Of a stretch of 52,797 nucleotides of DNA, positions 9,741 through 18,466 are shown one piece after another. The translations under genes were made by a program, and so were the position numbers. The stretch is from contig JBFLZG010000120.1 of the NCBI GenBank assembly GCA_040756235.1, positions 1 through 52,797 on the forward strand, read 5' to 3'. Numbering within the stretch: position 1 is the stretch's first letter; every line of letters starts with the position of its first letter. The stretch is from a bacterium (lineage in GTDB: Bacteria; Desulfobacterota; DSWW01). A model generated the notes under the pieces. It did not search any database, had not been told where the DNA came from, and saw only the letters and a program-made list of their open reading frames with translations.

Positions 9741-10370
9741 TCATCGAATTCGAATCAGATCTCGTTTCTTGTTCTGGATATACCAGACCTTCGGGTCGGT
9801 GCCGGCCTCGGGCCGGAGCACGAAGGTCCTTTCGGTCTGCATGAGCCGGGAGACCTCGCTCTCCGGGTTCTCCAGGTCGCCGAACTTCCGGCAGCTGGTG
9901 GGGCAGGTCTCCACGCACTTGGGTTCCTCGCTGCGCTTCAGGCGATCCACGCAGAAGTTGCACTTCTGCACGATCTTCTCGTAGCCCCGCAGCTCATCGA
10001 CCCCGTACGGGATCGGCGTGCCCGGAAAGTAGAACTCCTCTCTCTCGATGTGCCACCGGATGTTGTAAGGGCAGGCGGTCATGCATGCCTTGCAGCCGAT
10101 GCACTTGTCGTAGTCGACCAACACCACGCCGTCCGGGTTCCGGTGGGTGGCGCCGGTCGGGCAGACTTCCTCGCAGGGGGCGCGTTCGCAGTGATTGCAC
10201 AGGACGGGCAGGAACAGCCGCGTGGCCTTGGGCGTCTTGCCGAACTCCTTCTGCAGGACGTAGCACCAGAAGACCCCCGGCTGAGTGCCGTGCTCGGCCT
10301 TGCAGGCCACGGTGCAGGCGTTGCAGCCGATGCATAGATCCAGATCGATGATCATCGCGTACTTGGCCAT
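9741..10370 (-). CDS. 4x[4Fe-4S] electron-transfer subunit (DmsB/NrfC/PsrB type)
   Basis: CIGCNACTVAC, CNHCERAPCEEVCP, CIGCKACMTACP, KCNFC...PKCVETCP. Confidence 0.93.
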   Translation of the reverse strand: MAKYAMIIDLDLCIGCNACTVACKAEHGTQPGVFWCYVLQKEFGKTPKATRLFLPVLCNHCERAPCEEVCPTGATHRNPDGVVLVDYDKCIGCKACMTACPYNIRWHIEREEFYFPGTPIPYGVDELRGYEKIVQKCNFCVDRLKRSEEPKCVETCPTSCRKFGDLENPESEVSRLMQTERTFVLRPEAGTDPKVWYIQNKKRDLIRIR

Positions 10371-10470
10371 TGTTGCTCTCCGCTGTCGCGAGGTGAAAGG
10401 CTGAAGGTGAAAAGGGCAAAGGGGCGGGATCCGTTCTGCTCCGGCCTTTCCCCCTTTGGCCCGCGAACGC

Positions 10471-13047
10471 TCAAGCCTTGTACACCTTCACCTTGGCACA
10501 GTAGTCGATTTGGCCGCAGAGGGTGTCCACCATGTCCCAGCCGAAACGGATCAGCGAGTTGAAATGCACGCCCTTGCCCCGGGAGATGTTCTTCTCCCGG
10601 CCCCACCTGCCGCCGATTCCGAAGTTGCCCACGACTTTGGGGTGGACGCACTCCGTGACCCGGGCCCGTCCTTTCACCCGGGTCACGTCCGACTCGACCC
10701 ACACCCAGTCGCCGTCGCGGATCCCTTTTTTCTCCGCCACGCTGGTGTGGATCAGGACCGCGTAGTCCATCGGGTTGCGCTTGACCACGTCGTCGGCCCA
10801 GGGGTTCTCGGCCGTAATCGAGTGCGAGAGAAGAGGGGCCTTGCTGAAGGCGATGTGCAGGTCGTACTGGCCGTCGCCCAGCTCGTGGGCGCGGCAGGGA
10901 TGCCATTCGGGCAGCGGATGGTAGAACGAAGTGTCCCACCACTCCATGCCGAGCTCCCGGGTGACCTTGCGCACCTTCTCTCCCATGTCGATGAAGTGCT
11001 CGAAGTAGATCGGGATGCGCGCCTTCATGAAGCATCCCGGGAACGCCTCCTGCGGGGTCTTGTCATAAAAGTGGACCGCTCCGGTATCGCGGAACAGCTC
11101 TTCGGGGAAGCTCGGGCTGCCGGTGAGCATCGAGACCGAGCGCTTGGCGATTTCCTCGGTCGTGTATTTCTTGTCCGGCTCGAGCGCCAGGGGCCCGGCG
11201 TTCGCCAGGCCGCTCTTCACGTTGATGAGCCGGTTCATCTCGGGAAGCGTGCCCAGCTTCTCGGCCATGTCCATCATGAAGTCAGCCCAGTGCCGGACGC
11301 CCGCAGGGGGATCCACCACGGGCTGGAAGATCTGACCGTACCAGGGTCCGGGCCCGGGGCTGATGAACCCGGCCGGCAGGTTGGCCGGGAACAACCACCA
11401 GCGCTCGTAGTCGTGCGCCTCCGGAATGATCAAGTCCGCAAACTCGTTGGTCTCGTCGATATGCCAGGCAAAGGAGACGACATAATCCACTTTCTTCAGG
11501 GTTTCGGCCACCGATTTCGGATCCATGGTGGTCATGAGCGGGTTGAAGCGGAAGATGAACAGCAGCTCGGGCTTGTAGGGGATCCCGACCTTCTGCGGGT
11601 CGTGGATAGTGAGCACGGGGATGGTGTTGCGGAACCCGGAGCAGGGGATCAGCTCCATGAGCTCGAGCGTCTGAGGCGGCCCGGGGTCCTTGGGCGGGTA
11701 AGGGGTGATGAAATCGGTCACGTCCGCCATGGCGTCGCAGACGTTGGTCACGATGAGGCCGTCCTGGCTCTCGCTGATCGTCCACATGCCGAAGGGACCA
11801 TAGGGGTGCGTGCCGAGAAGCCCTCCCGGGGAGTTCATGGCGCCCACGAGAATGTTGGGCAGGATGATGGAGTAGACGTTCCAGAAGCCGTTCTTGTGCT
11901 GGCTGCCGCCGCGCTTGGTCTCGATCGCGGCCGGCCGATGGGGCAGGGTGTGGCCCTGGTATTCGATGGTAGAGCCGATCCGGGCCGCCTCCCCGAACTC
12001 GCGGGCGAACCTGCGGATGGTGTCGGGCGGTATGCCGGTGATCTCGGAGGCGCGCTCGGGGGAGTACTTCTTGACGTTTTCCCGGAACAGCACGAAGGCC
12101 GGCCGGCACGTCTTCCCGCCCGCTTCGAAAGATCCCTCGAGGGCGCAGTCCCGGACGCTCTCGTCGTCGTACGGCCGTGCGGCGCCCGCTGCGGTGTCCC
12201 AGATCATCGGCTTTCCGCTCTTGCCGTCCCGCACGTAGTGTCCGTCTTCCGCGATCAAGTACGGCGCGTTCGTCTTCTTTTTCAGGAACTCGGCATCGAA
12301 AATTCCGAGCTCGTTGACCAGCTGGTTGGCCACGGCCAGGCCCAGGGCCGCGTCCGTGCCCGGGATGATCGGGATCCACTCGTCGGCCTTGGCCGCCGCG
12401 TGGCTGCAGATCGGGTCGACCACCACCAGCTTCGCCCCCCGCTTGCGCGCCTCGGCCATGTCCCGGATGCCCACCATCGGGTTGTTGTTGGCGCCCAGGC
12501 CGTACTGCGATCCCCACTGCACCAGATAGTTGCAGCGCGGCGTGTCCGGCTCGGAGTTGATCGTTCCCAGGGTGACGAAGTACACCGTGTGGAGTCCGCC
12601 GCCGCACATGGTCGCGCCGTACCAGGCGTAGTTGGGAGAGCCGAAGGCCAGGCAGAAGGCATACTGGTAGAAGTGGTTGTTCAGGTCCATGGAGGCCATG
12701 ACGAGCTTGCGCGGATCGTCCTGGCGGATCTTCTCCAGCTTCTCGAGCACGATCTTCGAGGCCTCTTCCCAGCCGATCTCCTTCCACTTCGGGTCCACGC
12801 CGATCCCCTTCTCCGGGTTGGTCCGCACCAGCGGCTTGGTGACCCGGTTGGGATGGTAGAGATCGGCAATGCGCGTCAGGGACTTGCCGCAGCACTTGCC
12901 GTAGGTACTGTAGACCTCGGGGTCGCCCTTGGATGCCACGAGCTTGCCGTCTTTTCGGCGGACCCGGATCGCGCAGGAAGGAAAGCAGCCGTAGCAGGTG
13001 GTCGGCACCCAGGCGTCGTTCGTTCTCTTGTCCAAAGCCATTTGCAT
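10471..13047 (-). CDS. Molybdopterin (bis-MGD) oxidoreductase catalytic subunit, DMSO reductase family, no Tat peptide
   Basis: N-terminal CYGCFPSC...C Fe-S motif, RTNPEKG..DPKWKEIGWEEA, KLVVVDP, WIPIIPGTDAA, C-terminal MGD-binding domain (VLIHTSVAEKKGIRDGDWVWVES). Confidence 0.92.
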   Translation of the reverse strand: MQMALDKRTNDAWVPTTCYGCFPSCAIRVRRKDGKLVASKGDPEVYSTYGKCCGKSLTRIADLYHPNRVTKPLVRTNPEKGIGVDPKWKEIGWEEASKIVLEKLEKIRQDDPRKLVMASMDLNNHFYQYAFCLAFGSPNYAWYGATMCGGGLHTVYFVTLGTINSEPDTPRCNYLVQWGSQYGLGANNNPMVGIRDMAEARKRGAKLVVVDPICSHAAAKADEWIPIIPGTDAALGLAVANQLVNELGIFDAEFLKKKTNAPYLIAEDGHYVRDGKSGKPMIWDTAAGAARPYDDESVRDCALEGSFEAGGKTCRPAFVLFRENVKKYSPERASEITGIPPDTIRRFAREFGEAARIGSTIEYQGHTLPHRPAAIETKRGGSQHKNGFWNVYSIILPNILVGAMNSPGGLLGTHPYGPFGMWTISESQDGLIVTNVCDAMADVTDFITPYPPKDPGPPQTLELMELIPCSGFRNTIPVLTIHDPQKVGIPYKPELLFIFRFNPLMTTMDPKSVAETLKKVDYVVSFAWHIDETNEFADLIIPEAHDYERWWLFPANLPAGFISPGPGPWYGQIFQPVVDPPAGVRHWADFMMDMAEKLGTLPEMNRLINVKSGLANAGPLALEPDKKYTTEEIAKRSVSMLTGSPSFPEELFRDTGAVHFYDKTPQEAFPGCFMKARIPIYFEHFIDMGEKVRKVTRELGMEWWDTSFYHPLPEWHPCRAHELGDGQYDLHIAFSKAPLLSHSITAENPWADDVVKRNPMDYAVLIHTSVAEKKGIRDGDWVWVESDVTRVKGRARVTECVHPKVVGNFGIGGRWGREKNISRGKGVHFNSLIRFGWDMVDTLCGQIDYCAKVKVYKA

Positions 13048-13063
13048 TCTCCTCTGCGTCAGC

Positions 13064-13930
13064 TTAGATCACCGGCTCGTAGACACCCGCCCTGAGGACG
13101 GCGGAGCGGAAGGCCATGTCCCCTGCCAGTCGGGAGAGCATGGCCACGAAGAGCAGCATGGCCGACAGGATCCGGGCGCCCGGCGCGATCCAGTACGCCA
13201 GGGCCAGGAGCGCGACGGGGGCGACCAGGCCGGCCAGCACCGCGCCCCGCACGAAGACCACCTTGAGCTGGCCGGCGGTGAGCCGGCGGATCGATTCCTC
13301 GATCGCCGCCGATCTGGCTGCGGGCTGGGTGCAGAGCCAGGTCAGGGCCGAAGAAACCAGGAGGAGAGCCATGGCCGCGGCGACCTGGTTGGGGAAGTCG
13401 GCGGCCCTCGCGCCCGAGAAGGAAAGAAAACCCATGAGGACCATGGCGCCGGAGGTCAGGGAATGGAGCAGGAACGAGAGCGGAAGCAGCGCCGTGCTCC
13501 AGAAGGGGACGGAGGCCATGGAGGCGTAAAGCAGCCCGGTGTAAATCATGACGATCAGGGCGCAGAGCAGCGCCAGGGCCTGGACTCCCACTCCCGTGAA
13601 GCTGTCCCGCGGGAGGAGAAGGGTCAGGATGCCGATGACGATCAGTCCCCCCGTGAACACCGCCCCTCTGCTGATCCAGGCGGTGGGCGCCTTGGAGATC
13701 ACCCTCCAGAACCGCAGCGGATGTCCCAGATGCAGAAACAGGGCCGCGGCTCCGGCGCAGACCAGAGCCAGCCCGCCGAGGGCGCCGGCCCTGGATCCGA
13801 ACAGGAAGGAGAGCACGAACAGGGCGGACCCGACTCCTTCCGCCGACATGCTCAGGGGAACCATGAAATCCATCTCCTCTTCGGTGTTCCGGAAACCCAC
13901 CGTGAACTCGTTCAGCATGACATCCCCCAT
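13064..13930 (-). CDS. NrfD/DmsC-type membrane anchor subunit
   Basis: About 8 hydrophobic segments; FLHLGHPLRFWR...WISRG, YTGLLY..VPFW; adjacent to the Mo and FeS subunit genes. Confidence 0.82.
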   Translation of the reverse strand: MGDVMLNEFTVGFRNTEEEMDFMVPLSMSAEGVGSALFVLSFLFGSRAGALGGLALVCAGAAALFLHLGHPLRFWRVISKAPTAWISRGAVFTGGLIVIGILTLLLPRDSFTGVGVQALALLCALIVMIYTGLLYASMASVPFWSTALLPLSFLLHSLTSGAMVLMGFLSFSGARAADFPNQVAAAMALLLVSSALTWLCTQPAARSAAIEESIRRLTAGQLKVVFVRGAVLAGLVAPVALLALAYWIAPGARILSAMLLFVAMLSRLAGDMAFRSAVLRAGVYEPVI

Positions 13931-13994
13931 TCTGGCTGGTGGTTCTCGTGGTCGCCTGCAGGCTGTTGAAAACGCCCGTCTGTGGGGGGCAACT

Positions 13995-14024
13995 TGTAGG
14001 GGCGAAAAATCTTTCGCCCCTACA
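13995..14024. repeat. GTAG-type REP-like palindrome
   Basis: TGTAGGGGCGAAA-AATC-TTTCGCCCCTACA forms a perfect 13-bp stem in the intergenic gap. Confidence 0.75.
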
Positions 14025-14030
14025 TGGCTC

Positions 14031-14849
14031 CTACTCCCCGGTTCGCACCTTCCTGCGGAACAGCTCGACCAGCTTTCGCTGCCACCCGTAGTTCAGGGAC
14101 GGGCATACGCGGTAGAGCCACCACGGAAACAGATCGTAGAACGGGAAAGCGATGAGCCCCTTGTTCCTGCGGACGCCGTCCAGGATTTTCGTCGCGGCGC
14201 GGTCCGGGGTCATCTCCCTCCAGATCAGGGCGTTGAAGGCCTCCCGGTCGCCGTGGAGGATCTTGTAGGTCTGTCGCACCTCGGTCTTGACCGATCCCGG
14301 GCAGGCCACGCTCACGTTGACCCCGAAGGCGGCCGCTTCCGGCCTGAGCGACAGGGAGAGGCCGACCACGGCCTGCTTCACGGCCGCATAGCCGGTCGCC
14401 AGGGCGAACGGGAACAGCCCGAAGACAGACGACACGTTGACGATGTGGCCGCTGCCCTGCCGCATCATGACCCGGTAGGCGCTCGAGGTCCCGTAGACCA
14501 CGCTCAGGACGTCGCTGTCGATGAAGTGGCGCCAGTCTGCCAGCTCCATGTCGCGGAACTCCCCGAACAGGATCACCCCGGCGTTGTTGAACATGTAATC
14601 GAGCGAGCCTTGCGAAGCAACGGCCGTCACGAGCCTCTCGACCGCATCCGGATCGCGCACGTCCGTCACGATGGAGGAAGCTTTTCCTCCGGCATCCGTT
14701 ATCATGGAAACGGTCTGTGCGGTGTTTTCCGCACGGCGGCCGGCTACGCAGACCGTTGCGCCCGCTCTGGCCAGCTGGATACACAGCTCGCGGCCGATGC
14801 CGGAGCCGCCGCCCGTCACGATGGCCGACTTGCCTGAAAAGGATTGCAC
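14031..14849 (-). CDS. Short-chain dehydrogenase/reductase (SDR)
   Basis: TGGGSGIG, NNAG, NVSS, YAAVK; GTG start with GGAGGAG RBS. Confidence 0.92.
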   Translation of the reverse strand: MQSFSGKSAIVTGGGSGIGRELCIQLARAGATVCVAGRRAENTAQTVSMITDAGGKASSIVTDVRDPDAVERLVTAVASQGSLDYMFNNAGVILFGEFRDMELADWRHFIDSDVLSVVYGTSSAYRVMMRQGSGHIVNVSSVFGLFPFALATGYAAVKQAVVGLSLSLRPEAAAFGVNVSVACPGSVKTEVRQTYKILHGDREAFNALIWREMTPDRAATKILDGVRRNKGLIAFPFYDLFPWWLYRVCPSLNYGWQRKLVELFRRKVRTGE

Positions 14850-14962
14850 GTCTCTCCTCCCTGGACGCGATCCCGTGACTCCTGTCTTTCAGCCCTACGC
14901 TTACGGAAGCCTGGGTCCGATGAAACCAGCCATGGGGCCGATATCCCCTCGCCTTTCCCTAT

Positions 14963-15955
14963 TCACTTGTTGCCTTTGGCCTTGCTCTTCTTCTTGGGCG
15001 GATAATCCTTCGGGTAACCGTAGTAGTCTTTGTAGAGCTGGGTGGCCAGCATGGTGTTGTCCATCCATGCGGAGTCGTGATGGCTTTGGAACAAGTGGAC
15101 CTTCTTGTTGTCATCCACGATCCAGCTCTGAACGAGATATACGCTCAAGTATCTCCTCGACCCGTCCGGGTTGGTGTAGTAGTGCTGCTCGTCCATGGCA
15201 AAATCCGCAATGTTGCCTTCGGCGTATACCTTCGTGAAATTGAACGTGGCCAGAGACCATGTCGAAAGGAGATTCTGGAACCACTGCTTGACGCCTTCGA
15301 TGTTGGCATAGCGGCCCGCGTAGGGAATGAGATCCACGTTGGACTTGAACGAGATCTCGGCATCAGGGGCCCAGAGGGCGTAGAGATCTTCCCATTTCTC
15401 CTGGCCAACATAGAGTCTTGCGAAGAAGTCGTACAGGTGCGACATGACCGCGCCGGCATCCACCTTGGAATTCGGATCGAACTTGGGATGGGGCATGATT
15501 GCCTGAACGTCCTTGAAGGACGCTTTCGGGGTATGAACCGCTTTCAGGAAGGTCGATGTATCGAAATGCAGCTTGAGGTCCCGTACGCGCCCATCGCGAT
15601 CCAGATCCACCAGCGTGATGATCTCGAAGTCGTAGCGCGAGCCCGATTCCTTGAACCGGATCTCGGCATGGTGATGCGCGCTCGCGCTGAACCCCTCCAC
15701 GATGATGAACTGCTTCTGAAACTTGAGAATCTCCGCCTCGGCGTAGAGTTGCGTGTAGTGCCGCTTGAGGTCGGCCCTCCCCTGGCGACAGCCGAAGAGG
15801 GGGTGGAGCTGTCTGTACCCGGCGAACTGGAGAACGGGGTGTGAGCTGAAGACCTCATCGACCATCTTCTCGACCTGGCCGGCAGAGGGGTTCTTCAAGC
15901 CGTAGATGGCGTTCAGCTTCTCGTCGACCGTACTTCGGATCTGCTCCTTGTCCAT
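14963..15955 (-). CDS. Tandem SnoaL/NTF2-like (ketosteroid isomerase-like fold) protein
   Basis: Start re-called at MDKEQIRS (GAGGAGG RBS). Two similar halves: HPLFGCRQGRADLKRHY...DGRVRDLKLHFDTS and IPYAGRYANIEGVKQWF...NKKVHLFQSHHDSA. Confidence 0.65.
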   Translation of the reverse strand: MDKEQIRSTVDEKLNAIYGLKNPSAGQVEKMVDEVFSSHPVLQFAGYRQLHPLFGCRQGRADLKRHYTQLYAEAEILKFQKQFIIVEGFSASAHHHAEIRFKESGSRYDFEIITLVDLDRDGRVRDLKLHFDTSTFLKAVHTPKASFKDVQAIMPHPKFDPNSKVDAGAVMSHLYDFFARLYVGQEKWEDLYALWAPDAEISFKSNVDLIPYAGRYANIEGVKQWFQNLLSTWSLATFNFTKVYAEGNIADFAMDEQHYYTNPDGSRRYLSVYLVQSWIVDDNKKVHLFQSHHDSAWMDNTMLATQLYKDYYGYPKDYPPKKKSKAKGNK

Positions 15956-16111
15956 GATAGGTCCTCCTCCCCTCGCGATTGTGAGCGGACCGGGCTCCTC
16001 GGAGTCAACCTGCACTGCACCCGCGACCCGCGGTTCGAAAGGAGCCCGTCCCCATTGCCGCTTCCGCCTCAGAGACCCGGTGCCGGAGGCCGGCACGACC
16101 GATCGAGATCA

Positions 16112-17422
16112 TCACTTGCAGAACTTCTGAAAGCCGCCGAGACTGTAGTCGTTCAGGTCGTCGATCGTCCCTACGCACCAAATGCCGCCGGGGTTGAGGA
16201 AGTCGAACACCGTAGCATGCTGGGCCCGCTCGTCCACCATGACGCCATGGGACATGACGCAGGTGCGGAATTTCTTGTCCGCGCTCTGCCCCATGGTCAC
16301 GATGTTGAACAGTGCCTTCCACTGCTCTCCGGAACGGGTGAGGATCTGCTTGTAGTAGCCGTTATAGATCTCGGCATCGATCCACACCCGCTGCTTCCCG
16401 TAGTTGTAGAACGGATCCTTGGAGGTGCACTCGATCAGGTACGCGGGCCGCTTGACCATGACCACGCTGAGCGGCGCCCACGACAGCCCCTTCCATTCTT
16501 TGGTAGCGAACCCCCACTTAACGACAGGGGTGGTCGTCTCTGCGCACCACTCGCCGTCCTCGTTTTGCTTTTCAGGGTAGGGGTCCGGTCCGAGGAACAT
16601 CGCCAGGACCTCCGTCTTTGCGAGAAGCTTGAAGTCAAAGGCCGGGATCTTTCCATCGTAGCTGGTGTAACCGGAGTCATCCATGCTGTAATCGGAACCG
16701 AACAGCGAATCCGAGCGGTTCGCCGGGCTCATGCGCCGCACCCTGCGGATCGCAGGGACATAGGCGAAGGTCGAGTCCTGCTTGTCTCCGAAATAGCGCA
16801 GCATCATGACCGCCGATCCGGCCAGATCGAACGGCCTCTTGACCAGGATGATGTTCAGCTGCTCATAATCGTTGGGGTTGGAGATGTTCTTGGCCTCAGG
16901 GTAGCCGACCAACGAGGCGACCTTGAAAAACACCTCGAGCTGCCGTTCCTCGCTGGAGGTGTCGAGAAAATGCGCGATCATGCCCGGCATGCGGATGTTG
17001 CCGGGAATGAGCCGGGTCATCATGCCGTTGTACATGATCTTGACGGCTGCCTTGGGGTCCTGAGGATCGATCTTGGGAAAGGGGTGCCCGATGGTCTCGC
17101 GCGCAACCTCCCCCGTCCTCTTGTCGATCATCACGTTCTTGTCATCGACGTCGTACAACCCCACGTTGGTTTCCTTGGCCTGAATCGCGTAGTCGGGAAG
17201 GGCATCGGCGTAATCGTAGCTGAGCTTGCCGACGGTGAGGGTAAAGCCGCCACTCTTGATCCATGCGAGGACGGGGTCCGGCACAAGGCCCTCCGCCTTC
17301 TCCCAGGTCTCCTGGTTGATCACGAATCCCGGCGCCAGCTCATCAGGCGAAGCGCCGTAGGCTGCGGCCGCCAACAGCAAGACAGCCATGACAGACGGTA
17401 CGACGAGCGTCCTTGCTTTCAT
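16112..17422 (-). CDS. DUF1329 domain periplasmic protein (LolA-like sorting-protein family)
   Basis: Sec signal peptide (MKARTLVV...AAAAYGA), GHPFPKIDPQDP, AYVPAIRRVRRMSPANRSDSLFGSD. Confidence 0.82.
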   Translation of the reverse strand: MKARTLVVPSVMAVLLLAAAAYGASPDELAPGFVINQETWEKAEGLVPDPVLAWIKSGGFTLTVGKLSYDYADALPDYAIQAKETNVGLYDVDDKNVMIDKRTGEVARETIGHPFPKIDPQDPKAAVKIMYNGMMTRLIPGNIRMPGMIAHFLDTSSEERQLEVFFKVASLVGYPEAKNISNPNDYEQLNIILVKRPFDLAGSAVMMLRYFGDKQDSTFAYVPAIRRVRRMSPANRSDSLFGSDYSMDDSGYTSYDGKIPAFDFKLLAKTEVLAMFLGPDPYPEKQNEDGEWCAETTTPVVKWGFATKEWKGLSWAPLSVVMVKRPAYLIECTSKDPFYNYGKQRVWIDAEIYNGYYKQILTRSGEQWKALFNIVTMGQSADKKFRTCVMSHGVMVDERAQHATVFDFLNPGGIWCVGTIDDLNDYSLGGFQKFCK

Positions 17423-17515
17423 CGTAGTCTCTCCCCCATGGATTGGTTGTTTCCCTGCATCGGGCCGGCCCCGGGCGGTTTCCGCCCTGGCCGCGCCGGC
17501 TGCAGGTCCGGCGGC

Positions 17516-18265
17516 TCACTTCGCCGTCCCCACGTCGATCTTGTACTTGAAGAAGTCCGGCCTCATGAAGATGTTGACGACCTCGAACGGCTCGCCGGAA
17601 CGGAACCACAGATAGGCCTGCAGGAGGAACATGGGCGCAAAGACGTGGGAGTGGAGGACTTCGGCCACGTCCGGGTCCGCAGGCACGCTCTCCAGGTAGG
17701 ACTCGCTCTTGCCGAGATCGAGTCCCGTCTTCTCCTGCAGGATCCTCTGGAGCGGCTGCTCCGACAGCTCTTTCTGGGTCAGGTGCTTCGCCACCTCGGG
17801 GTGGCAGAAGTTCTCGATGAAAGAGACGGGGTTGCGATCGAGCAGGCGGACCCTGCGAACGACGCAGACCTGTCCCTGGCTCCCGGTCTGGAAAAAGGCC
17901 TCGAGGTCCCGGGCGATGCGCGTCTCCTGGATCTTCTTCTTTTCGATCCCGAGCGCCTTCACCTTGTATCTCTCCGAGTCCAGGACAAAGCTCTGTACGG
18001 TTCCGGTGACGATCACCTGCTTGCGCAGGGGGACCTGCATGGCCACGAAGGTGCCTTTCCCGCGCCTGCGCAGGATCAGCCCCTCGGCCTCGAGGTTCGC
18101 CAGGGCGGTGCGGATCGTGATGGGGCTCACGTCGAACTGGGCAGCCAGCTCTTTTTCGGTGGGGAGCTTCTGCGCCGCTGCCAGCTGGCCGGTCAGGATC
18201 TTCTGTCTGAGCAAAGACTCGATGTGGAAGTAGAAAGGGATCTTTTTGTTGAAGACGGAATTCAT
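17516..18265 (-). CDS. GntR family (HutC/UTRA) transcriptional regulator
   Basis: PFYFHIESLLRQKI...KLPTEKELAAQFDVSPITIRTAL...RRRGKGTFV plus a UTRA-like C-terminus. Start is uncertain (18265 vs 18319). Confidence 0.9.
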   Translation of the reverse strand: MNSVFNKKIPFYFHIESLLRQKILTGQLAAAQKLPTEKELAAQFDVSPITIRTALANLEAEGLILRRRGKGTFVAMQVPLRKQVIVTGTVQSFVLDSERYKVKALGIEKKKIQETRIARDLEAFFQTGSQGQVCVVRRVRLLDRNPVSFIENFCHPEVAKHLTQKELSEQPLQRILQEKTGLDLGKSESYLESVPADPDVAEVLHSHVFAPMFLLQAYLWFRSGEPFEVVNIFMRPDFFKYKIDVGTAK

Positions 18266-18269
18266 GCTA

Positions 18270-18385
18270 AGCCAATGTGCTGATTTTGAATAAGAAACGA
18301 TAGAATTAATATCATTCACATAAGTTTATGTATTCACAAGTTTAGCATTTACCCCAGGGCGGGCCCCGTTGTCAAGAAAAAAATC
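18270..18385 (-). promoter_or_regulatory. AT-rich promoter/operator region upstream of gntR
   Basis: Perfect TTGACA on the minus strand at 18370-18375 (-10 match is poor), palindrome ACATAA-GT-TTATGT at 18318-18331, and direct repeat ATTCACA(T)AAGTTTA at 18314 and 18332. Confidence 0.55.
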
Positions 18386-18466
18386 TCGATGCCCGAGAAC
18401 GGATCTTGGTGAGCGGCGGCGGAGCAGGGCGGGCGCCGGCTATCCGGGGAAAGCCGCAACCAGGGT

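Noticed and set aside
10471..13047. Respiratory arsenate reductase or selenocysteine-containing Mo enzyme
   Set aside because: There is no Tat leader, no ars genes nearby and no in-frame TGA; the similarity is only at family level.
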